Shown here: piece after piece, positions 57,053 to 64,000 of the stretch | Numbering within the stretch: position 1 is the first letter of the stretch | Layout of the letters: each line of letters begins with the position of its first letter | Assembly (NCBI GenBank): GCA_050633245.1 | Contig: JBOEGD010000007.1 | Span: forward strand, 114,196 to 178,195 | DNA: 64,000 nucleotides | Reading direction: 5' to 3' | Origin: Calditrichia bacterium | Lineage (GTDB): Bacteria > Calditrichota > Calditrichia > RBG-13-44-9 > J075 | Translations under genes and position numbers: made by a program | Notes under the pieces: model-generated | The model's input: only the letters and a program-made list of their open reading frames with translations | The model's database searches: none | What the model was told of the DNA's origin: nothing

Positions 57053-58174
57053 CTAGAGCTTTTCGGGTGAATTCGCCGACTGCTTGTCCGCATCCGCTGC
57101 GGAGTCATCTTTATTTTCTTCGTCTGCGGTCTTTTTCTCTTCCTTAGACGATTCGATATCTGGTTCTTCTTGCTCTTCTTTGTCGGAAGGTTTTGGTTCA
57201 TTCCCGACAGTTTCGGTTTTCTCTTCGGTCTTCTCAGTATTCTCTTCAGCGCTGTCTTCTGCAGAAATATCTTTCTTAAATGCCTCTTCGGAGTTCCGGG
57301 CGCTTTCCTTAGACTCTACCTCTTCGGTAGTCTCTTCAGCATTCTCCGTTGAATCTGTCTGCTGAACTTCTCCATCAGCTTCTTTAGCCTTTGCTTCCGC
57401 TGCTTCCGCTGATGCCTTCTGTGTAGAGGTGAAGTCATCTTTTAGCTGAGCGATATCAAACCCAAGAGTGGATGGAACAATTTCCTTAAGAATCTCTTCA
57501 CCAACCTGCTCTTTCAGGTCAGGATCGGCCTCAATCACTTCATCAAGTTCTTTCAAACGCGGGAGCTCTTTTAAATTTTTAAGACCAAAGTATTCCAAAA
57601 ATTGCTTTGTCGTTTTATACAAAAATGGATTACCGATAGACTCGGCAGTGCCGGAGATGGTAACCAGATTACGAAGCAACAGGGTTTTAACTACGCCATC
57701 GACATTTACGCCGCGAATTTCTTCCATTTCATTTTTGGTGATCGGCTGCTTGTAGGCAATAATTGCCAAGGTCTCAAGAGCCTTTGCGCTGAGTCGGTTT
57801 GCTTGCCGACGTGCATACAATCGCTCGACATATTCTGCATATTCCGGGCGGGTATACATCAAATAGCCACCGGCAACATTGTCTATATGAAATGGCCGCG
57901 ACGATTTTTCGTAAGTCTTGTTCAAAGAGCGTATAATTTTATTCATATTCGCATCGGAAAGCTCAGGAGCAACCTCACGAATTCGAGCCGAGTTCAGTGG
58001 TTCTTCGCTTGCAAAAAGAATCGCCTCAACAATGGCCTGCATTTCTTTATCGGTTAGCGTATTGACCTTTACTGTGGATTTAGCCTCCCCGTTTTTCGGA
58101 GACTTCGCTTCCACCTCAACAGCGTTTTCCTTTGTAGCAGGTTTTTCAGCTTTTTCGTTTTTATTGGACGACAT
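57053..58174 (-). CDS. scpB: SMC-Scp complex subunit ScpB with long acidic C-terminal tail
   Basis: IVEAILFASEEPL, LS..ALETLAIIAYKQPIT, IRGVNVD, YKTT..FLEYFGL..L.ELP. Confidence 0.93.
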   Translation of the reverse strand: MSSNKNEKAEKPATKENAVEVEAKSPKNGEAKSTVKVNTLTDKEMQAIVEAILFASEEPLNSARIREVAPELSDANMNKIIRSLNKTYEKSSRPFHIDNVAGGYLMYTRPEYAEYVERLYARRQANRLSAKALETLAIIAYKQPITKNEMEEIRGVNVDGVVKTLLLRNLVTISGTAESIGNPFLYKTTKQFLEYFGLKNLKELPRLKELDEVIEADPDLKEQVGEEILKEIVPSTLGFDIAQLKDDFTSTQKASAEAAEAKAKEADGEVQQTDSTENAEETTEEVESKESARNSEEAFKKDISAEDSAEENTEKTEEKTETVGNEPKPSDKEEQEEPDIESSKEEKKTADEENKDDSAADADKQSANSPEKL

Positions 58175-58437
58175 AATAAGCCCGGTTTTCTACTGTCTCT
58201 ACTTCAATGAACATGTCAAAGACATGCGATCGACTCTGTTTTAATTTCGATCCGCGCAATGTACAAAATAGTTATTGAAATTACTATTGGCGATGTAATT
58301 TAGCAGCTTATAGAAGCACTGCCGTCGTGTAGGCAAACTTGCAGGCGTAAGGCCGTTGGGGGCGCCGCCTTCCAGAATATTATACGGCTAAATCCATTAG
58401 CCATATTGACATATCCGACATCATAAGAATACGAGAA

Positions 58438-59334
58438 TTAAATGATTTCGTCTGTTTCGTCAGTTGGTAAATCGTTTTGTGAAGCGTTGTTCTCTGCATC
58501 TTGAACCGTCATATCCAGAGCTAATTGCGCACTTGAGTTCGACTCTTCTGCCTCATCCGACTCATATTCAAAGCTCATTGCCGATGCTTCACGGGTCTGC
58601 TCGTAGCGAGACATCGAAACATCACCCAGCGGCACCAGTCGAATATCTTCAAATATTTCGCTTTGCTTACAGGTAATCATTCCTACCTTCATCAGATCGA
58701 GAATGGCCATAAATGTTACGACGATGTAAATTTTCTCCGGCATCTTCTCAACCAGCTTCAAAAAGAACACCGGCTTGCCTTTTTCCAGGTCCGAGACGAT
58801 GACACGAACCTGATCTTCAATAGAAATTTTGATCTGCTTAACCTGATGCACGGTAATTTTCGGCATGTTGTCGAGGGCACGCTTAAACGCTGTCAACAGA
58901 TCAAAGAGCGTTGCCTCAATGGCAAATTCTTCTTCGACAATAACTGCTTTTTTAAGTCGTTTTGGTACTTTGCGGGAGAAATATTTGCGACGCTCGGTCT
59001 CAATATCGTAAAACTCGGAGGAAGCTTCCTTAAATCGCTTGTATTCCAGCAGCTGCATTGTCAGCTTATGGCGTGGATCTTCCGGATCCTCTACGTCGCT
59101 GGTTTCTTTTTCCGGAAGCAACATGCGGGTTTTAATCAGAATGAGTGTTGCAACCATTTCAATATACTCACCGGCAACTTCCAAATCCAGAATTTGCATC
59201 AGCTTCATATACTGAAGGTATTCTTCAGTGATATTCGATATTGGAATATCATAGATATCAATCTCATTCTTCTTTATTAAATAGAGAAGAAGATCGAATG
59301 GGCCTTCAAAAACCGGTAGTTTCACTTTATACAT
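58438..59334 (-). CDS. scpA: Segregation and condensation protein A
   Basis: YKVKLPVFEGPFDLLLYLI...EIDIYDIPI, LLEYKRFKEA, VVTFMAILDL. Confidence 0.95.
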   Translation of the reverse strand: MYKVKLPVFEGPFDLLLYLIKKNEIDIYDIPISNITEEYLQYMKLMQILDLEVAGEYIEMVATLILIKTRMLLPEKETSDVEDPEDPRHKLTMQLLEYKRFKEASSEFYDIETERRKYFSRKVPKRLKKAVIVEEEFAIEATLFDLLTAFKRALDNMPKITVHQVKQIKISIEDQVRVIVSDLEKGKPVFFLKLVEKMPEKIYIVVTFMAILDLMKVGMITCKQSEIFEDIRLVPLGDVSMSRYEQTREASAMSFEYESDEAEESNSSAQLALDMTVQDAENNASQNDLPTDETDEII

Positions 59335-59350
59335 TGCTTTTCCACAATCC

Positions 59351-60346
59351 TTACTTCAAATAGCGCAACAGGCCGGTGCGACTACGCACGCGTTCCATTA
59401 CTTCCTGTGCCGCTTCTCGGGCACGTTTTCCACCGGCTTGCAAGACATCTTCAACATAGCCCATATCGGCAACAAGCTTTTTGCGACGCTCACGTGCGTC
59501 TTCAAAATACTCGGTTATGGCCTGAAGAAGTTCTTTTTTCGCATGCCCATAACCATAGTTGCCGGCAAGGAAATTATTGCGCATCGCTTTCAATTCCTCT
59601 TCTGAGGCAAAGAATGTATACAAGTCTATAATGTGCGAATTGTCCGGATCTTTCGGTTCCTCAAGTGGAGTCGAATCGGTTACTATCGCCATCACCTGCT
59701 TCTTAAGTGGCTGGCCTTCTGCAAAAATATCTATGGTGTTGTTGTAGCTTTTGCTCATCTTTCTACCATCGATCCCGGGAATAACAGCAACATCCTTTTG
59801 AATCAACTCTTCCGGAATAGTCAGCGTACCTTCACCAAATGTAATGTTGATTTTTTCGGCAATATCCCGGGTAATTTCCAGATGCTGTTTTTGATCCTTA
59901 CCGACAGGAACGTAGTTCGAGTCATAGATGAGAATATCTGCCGCCATTAGCACCGGATAGGCGAAAAGCCCGTGATTCGGTGAAATGCCATTAGCGACTT
60001 TGTCTTTATAGGAATGAGCTCGTTCAAGCAGCCCCATTGGCGTAACGGTAGACAAAATCCAGGCAAGCTCGGTGACTTCCGGAATATCGGATTGCAAAAA
60101 CAGCGTCGTTTTCTCGGGGTTCAGGCCAAGTGCCAGATAGTCGATTACGACATCCAGCGAGTTTTGTCGCAGAACATCGGGATCAGTAATGGTTGTAAGA
60201 GAGTGATAATTAGCGACGAAAATAAAGTTTTCGTTTTGCTCCTGAAGCTGTACAAATTGGCGAATTGCGCCAAAATAATTGCCTATATGCAGTATTCCTG
60301 AAGGTTGAATACCGCTGAGAATTCGTTTATTCTTTAGTTCCGTCAT
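59351..60346 (-). CDS. trpS: Tryptophan--tRNA ligase
   Basis: SGIQPSG.LHIGNY, YPVLMAADIL, VPVGKDQKQHLE, KMSKS. Confidence 0.96.
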   Translation of the reverse strand: MTELKNKRILSGIQPSGILHIGNYFGAIRQFVQLQEQNENFIFVANYHSLTTITDPDVLRQNSLDVVIDYLALGLNPEKTTLFLQSDIPEVTELAWILSTVTPMGLLERAHSYKDKVANGISPNHGLFAYPVLMAADILIYDSNYVPVGKDQKQHLEITRDIAEKINITFGEGTLTIPEELIQKDVAVIPGIDGRKMSKSYNNTIDIFAEGQPLKKQVMAIVTDSTPLEEPKDPDNSHIIDLYTFFASEEELKAMRNNFLAGNYGYGHAKKELLQAITEYFEDARERRKKLVADMGYVEDVLQAGGKRAREAAQEVMERVRSRTGLLRYLK

Positions 60347-60544
60347 CGCAAAATATTCCGTCTCATTCGTTCCTGAAGGCAAGATTAAGTAATAGCCTTA
60401 AACTTGCGATATCAGAACCGATCAGGCAAGGGAATTTTTGGATAGTCTTCTTTAACCAAACTTATTTTTATCTGCAATTGCGAAGCCAGAAGTTAAACGA
60501 TAATTTGAAAGGAAAATTCGAGCGCCCTAAACAGAAAGTCGACT

Positions 60545-60889
60545 ATGAAGTTACTTCCACTCTTGCTTAAAAAATGTCCCCGCTGTGAAAAAGCCGGCAT
60601 GTTCTCGGGATTTTTCAAAATGCACGAAACGTGCCCATCCTGTTCATTTCGCTTCGAACGCGAACAAGGCTACTTCACCGGAGCTGTAATGATGAGCTCG
60701 GTTCTCACAACGTTTCTAATCACACCAATTTGGTTTTGGGTATTGTCTCAGGGATACTCGTTCTGGCAGGTGTTTTTGGCAGCGCTGCTACCGTCCATCA
60801 TAATATCGCCGCTTGTTTTTCAGTATTCACGCGTGCTGTGGCTATATATGGATTTTAAGATCTTCCATCCGGAAGACGAAGCTCTATAA
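60545..60889 (+). CDS. DUF983-family membrane protein (CxxC...CxxC plus two TM)
   Basis: KCPRC...MHETCPSC...FEREQGYFTGA...YSRVLW. Confidence 0.8.
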   Translation: MKLLPLLLKKCPRCEKAGMFSGFFKMHETCPSCSFRFEREQGYFTGAVMMSSVLTTFLITPIWFWVLSQGYSFWQVFLAALLPSIIISPLVFQYSRVLWLYMDFKIFHPEDEAL

Positions 60890-60890
60890 G

Positions 60891-61091
60891 CTATTCATCC
60901 GGATAGATTGCCTTTACACGGCCGACGGCGCCACTTTCAAGGCGTACCTTAATGCCATGCGTGTGCTTTGGTGATTTTGTGAGGATTTTTTCAACAATGC
61001 CTTCCGTAAGATCACCGCTTCGCTGATCTTTTTTCAACACGATTGCAACGCGTTGTCCAATTGCGATGTCGGCACGTAGCGTTCCGTTCAT
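60891..61091 (-). CDS. YwbE family protein (DUF2196)
   Basis: IVLKKDQRSG.LTEG.V..ILTKS..H.HGIKVRLESG.VGRV. Confidence 0.88.
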   Translation of the reverse strand: MNGTLRADIAIGQRVAIVLKKDQRSGDLTEGIVEKILTKSPKHTHGIKVRLESGAVGRVKAIYPDE

Positions 61092-61100
61092 TGCACTCCC

Positions 61101-61313
61101 CTATCGTCTCAGCCATTTCAACTGATTACTCTTCAATCTTTTATTAATAAAACCGATCATGCCAAGAAGTAAGCCGACAAAGACTCCCCCTTTTACCACC
61201 GGAGCGAGAGTCGTCGTTAACCCCAACATCGGAACTAGAAAGACGTTAAGCAGGATTGCCACAATTCCGGTGCAGACTAAAATAAAGATAAACAAACCAC
61301 GTTTAATCGGCAT
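61101..61313 (-). CDS. Small two-TM hypothetical protein
   Basis: Start MPIKRG at 61313 after GGGAGAG, two hydrophobic helices. Confidence 0.55.
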   Translation of the reverse strand: MPIKRGLFIFILVCTGIVAILLNVFLVPMLGLTTTLAPVVKGGVFVGLLLGMIGFINKRLKSNQLKWLRR

Positions 61314-61746
61314 CGCTTTCTCTCCCTGGTAGTAGCTTTTTGTCTTGCAGCAGCAAAAAGAAGAGCTCATGCCCAAGTCCGAAGGCACAATATATAATCA
61401 ACATATCAACAAAGAAATAGCCACTAATAGGTTCGTAAAAGACTATAGCTGCAAACACGTGCATCAGCCAGAAGAACTTAACTACATGCCAACCGTCCAT
61501 AAAGGTAACAAAAACTGTTGATGCCCCGGGAAAAGCCGGCCCATTTGCCGGATCTCCATCTTTCCACTTGTTTCTCCAGGCAAGACGATTATCCCAAAAT
61601 CGATTGCCCAACGCGGAACGCCCTTGAGCATCAAACCAGTTGGCGAGTTTTTTCCAAACGGAGGCCTCAAAGTTGTGAGGGGTGCCAATCAGATCCATGC
61701 TCGCTTCCCAGAAGGTGCCGAAAAATATCAGTAAGAGTGTTGCCAT
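61303..61746 (-). CDS. Hypothetical membrane protein
   Basis: Hydrophobic ends, conserved-looking WRNKWKDGD...FPG..T.FV...DGWH..K, operon-like spacing. Confidence 0.6.
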   Translation of the reverse strand: MATLLLIFFGTFWEASMDLIGTPHNFEASVWKKLANWFDAQGRSALGNRFWDNRLAWRNKWKDGDPANGPAFPGASTVFVTFMDGWHVVKFFWLMHVFAAIVFYEPISGYFFVDMLIIYCAFGLGHELFFLLLQDKKLLPGRESDAD

Positions 61747-61787
61747 TTGCGCTAAAAGACCTATTCCTTCAAACTTGACAGCATTCT

Positions 61788-62576
61788 TTAATCAGAGAAT
61801 GATGAGTTAAGCTTATTAAATGGGAGGGTAATGTTAAAGTAGATTTCGAATGTATCCTGTGTTTCTCTACTGGTAGACTCTAAAAGATCGAAGACATAGT
61901 CATCCACTTTTAACAGCTGTTGGTTTCCGGATGAAAGTCCAAACCACCTGAGCATTGCATACTCTTCCTTGGTAGAAACTACGATATGTGCGTTTTTGGG
62001 ATTCTGCCCATGTCCGGAAATATAAATAGATTCTAAAAGGCCTTCGTATATCATAAAGTGTTTTTTAGCCAAGACCGAGTCTCCCACCTCGCTACGCATG
62101 TAGCTGATGTAATAGTGCGTCATCGGCTCTACGTAGTTGTCTGCTAATATTGAGTCGGAGATGGCAAAGGCCTGTACAGGCTCTCCAGCATCAAAATGAT
62201 TTACAAGAGCTCTATGTCTTTTAGGCAGTTGTGAGTCGTAGGGACTATACATAGGCGTCTTGGTGTATGCCATACGCATCGTGAAGAAGTTAACCGCCAG
62301 ATCGTTTTTAAGACTATCAAGGCGGATATAATAATCATTCGGGGTTAACTTCTGTATGTAATCGAACAGATAGTAATTTGAACTCGTATCCGATACGATT
62401 AAATCGGAGGCAGTCGAGTCAATAGACTCCTGCACTGATTTAGGAAGCGTATTTTCAACGACAACACTTCTGGTAGATGTTGTGCAAGAAAACAGAACTC
62501 CTGCAAGAATCCCGATCGAATATAGTCGAAGCAAAGACAAATAATTCTCCTGTCGCGTTGAGATAGCTGCTACCAT
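61788..62576 (-). CDS. DUF4919-like lipoprotein
   Basis: LFSC lipobox, YSPYD, I..SG.G.....A..V....EEY..L..FGL, YFNI. Confidence 0.65.
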   Translation of the reverse strand: MVAAISTRQENYLSLLRLYSIGILAGVLFSCTTSTRSVVVENTLPKSVQESIDSTASDLIVSDTSSNYYLFDYIQKLTPNDYYIRLDSLKNDLAVNFFTMRMAYTKTPMYSPYDSQLPKRHRALVNHFDAGEPVQAFAISDSILADNYVEPMTHYYISYMRSEVGDSVLAKKHFMIYEGLLESIYISGHGQNPKNAHIVVSTKEEYAMLRWFGLSSGNQQLLKVDDYVFDLLESTSRETQDTFEIYFNITLPFNKLNSSFSD

Positions 62577-63820
62577 CCCTCGTATCGCAATAAATACATA
62601 AAGTAGTCACTGTTAGGAAATCGCGCGCCAATAAAAAAGTCCGCCGGGGGCACTTCAAATCTTCCCGAGAAGACCTCCCCATCTTTTTGAAGGAATTGAA
62701 ACGAATCCTCATGAATGAGTGCCAGTTCGCGGGCATCCTCTACGGTTAATTTGAAATCAACTGAATCTCCAGCGGTAAGGAAACGGCTCATCGGTTCGTA
62801 AATCCTGGCATTAAAGTCATCAAACGATCCAAGTTTTTCAGGAAACCCGGCGGCTTGACGAACCCCTTTACTCGCCTCAACCTCATAATCAAGAAGCCAC
62901 TGATAGTTGCCGGTATCCGTCTTACGCTTTGCGAAAATGCGCAGAATATAATTTGAGGGCTGTGGAAAAATGGCGCGCACCTCAAACCCATCATCACTGC
63001 GCTGTGCAAAGGAAAGCATGTCATCCAGTTCATTCTCTCCAACATAAAGCCGCGAAAGCAATACCACATCTTTTGATCCCGAGAGCTTTAAAGATAATGA
63101 ATCCGATGCTTGAATTTTGCGGTCTGTATGACTAATCATTCGCATATCGTAGCGAAAGAAAGCCGGCTTGGTCAACGGCATCGCCATAAAGTTTGTGCGA
63201 TTACGATGTTCATCCAAAAGTTGCCAGCGCCTCTGCTCAGGATAATGTGTTTGAATTAATTCTTCTGGTGGGGTGAAAAAATAGTAATCATTAAACGATC
63301 GCTTAAACTTGCCGTCGCTGATGTAGCCAGCTCCCCAGGTTGCATCGAGCAAACGCCACGTGCCATCCACTTTCACTGCGTTCCAGGCATGACGATTTCT
63401 GTCGGCAAATGGATTTGAAGTATCATATCCATAGCCTTTGGAAAATCCACCAACTAATTCTGCTTCGAATCCGGCCGTTCTCGCCATTTTCTTCAACAGC
63501 CTTGCGTAGCCGCCACAGATCGCCTTACGGGTTTGCAGCACATCTTCTGCTGTGGCAAGTCGAACTTGCCCACGCAGCAGCGCCTGATAGTCATACGCGA
63601 TGTTGTTCGTGATCCAGCTAAAGATCGCGCGTATTTGCTTCTCCGGCGACTGAAATGGCTTTACTAATTCTCTGGTTAGTTGCAAAACGTCCTGCTGACC
63701 CTGCACAATTGATGCGACATGCGAATCGACATCACTATACTCCTGCCCCGACAACGTTAAGGGCATAAGGCTAATAACAAAAGCAATTGCAACTAACGTC
63801 TTTTTGATTAAGGAATCCAT
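62570..63820 (-). CDS. Transglutaminase-like (kyphoscoliosis peptidase/Cyk3-type) protein
   Basis: AIFSWITNNIAYD, AICGGYA, HAWNAV, LLDATWGAG, YFF.PPE..I.TH.P...WQLL. Confidence 0.88.
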   Translation of the reverse strand: MDSLIKKTLVAIAFVISLMPLTLSGQEYSDVDSHVASIVQGQQDVLQLTRELVKPFQSPEKQIRAIFSWITNNIAYDYQALLRGQVRLATAEDVLQTRKAICGGYARLLKKMARTAGFEAELVGGFSKGYGYDTSNPFADRNRHAWNAVKVDGTWRLLDATWGAGYISDGKFKRSFNDYYFFTPPEELIQTHYPEQRRWQLLDEHRNRTNFMAMPLTKPAFFRYDMRMISHTDRKIQASDSLSLKLSGSKDVVLLSRLYVGENELDDMLSFAQRSDDGFEVRAIFPQPSNYILRIFAKRKTDTGNYQWLLDYEVEASKGVRQAAGFPEKLGSFDDFNARIYEPMSRFLTAGDSVDFKLTVEDARELALIHEDSFQFLQKDGEVFSGRFEVPPADFFIGARFPNSDYFMYLLRYEGW

Positions 63821-64000
63821 TTGATGTCTTTAAAGTTTGGTTTACGTTTTTCCAAAAAGGCATTTCGGCCTTCTTTTGCTTCATCTGTCATATAAGCCAG
63901 GCGCGTTGCCTCACCGGCAAAAACCTGCTGACCGACCATACCGTCATCAGTGAGGTTAAACGCGAACTTAAGCATCTTTATTGAAGTTGGTGACTTTGCC
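63808..64000 (-). CDS. menB: 1,4-dihydroxy-2-naphthoyl-CoA synthase, C-terminal part (truncated by window end; not in ORF track)
   Basis: Manual translation gives AKSPTSIKMLKFAFNLTDDGMVGQQVFAGEATRLAYMTDEAKEGRNAFLEKRKPNFKDIKWIP*. Confidence 0.9.
   Translation of the reverse strand, partial: AKSPTSIKMLKFAFNLTDDGMVGQQVFAGEATRLAYMTDEAKEGRNAFLEKRKPNFKDIKWIP

Overview
Bacterial chromosomal window, most likely from an FCB-related lineage such as Calditrichota or KSB1. This is inferred from three proteins ending in the NYPNPFNPxT FlgD-Ig/secretion-type C-terminal domain. The window is mostly metabolic and housekeeping genes: TRAP dctQM, an ApbE/DUF4266/DUF3570/thioredoxin flavinylation cluster, GH53, ndh, a peptidase cluster, an FG-GAP protein, a Na/Pi symporter, OmpA, a fadI-fadJ-ACAD/SCP2-CaiB beta-oxidation operon, clpS, an H-NOX/kinase operon, a Mo-bisPGD oxidoreductase with an FeS-NrfD fusion, rluB-scpB-scpA-trpS and partial menB. 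Intergenic REP/MITE-like repeats are frequent. No rRNA, tRNA or CRISPR array was recognised. Four observations stand out. (1) The ACAD-linker-SCP2 ORF and the CaiB/AMACR-like ORF are in the same frame, separated by a single UGA followed by a hairpin, a candidate read-through or recoded 1354-aa fusion. (2) A heme-binding H-NOX is paired with a heme-ligand-less pseudo-H-NOX upstream of a hybrid kinase. (3) An AT-rich HD-phosphohydrolase/HSP90-like ATPase gene, a probable defence gene, has integron-cassette-like core sites at both ends and an adjacent IS3 remnant. (4) A co-oriented run of ndh, redoxin, cytochrome, apbE and DUF3570 genes. All family calls come from motif recognition by eye, not from database searches.
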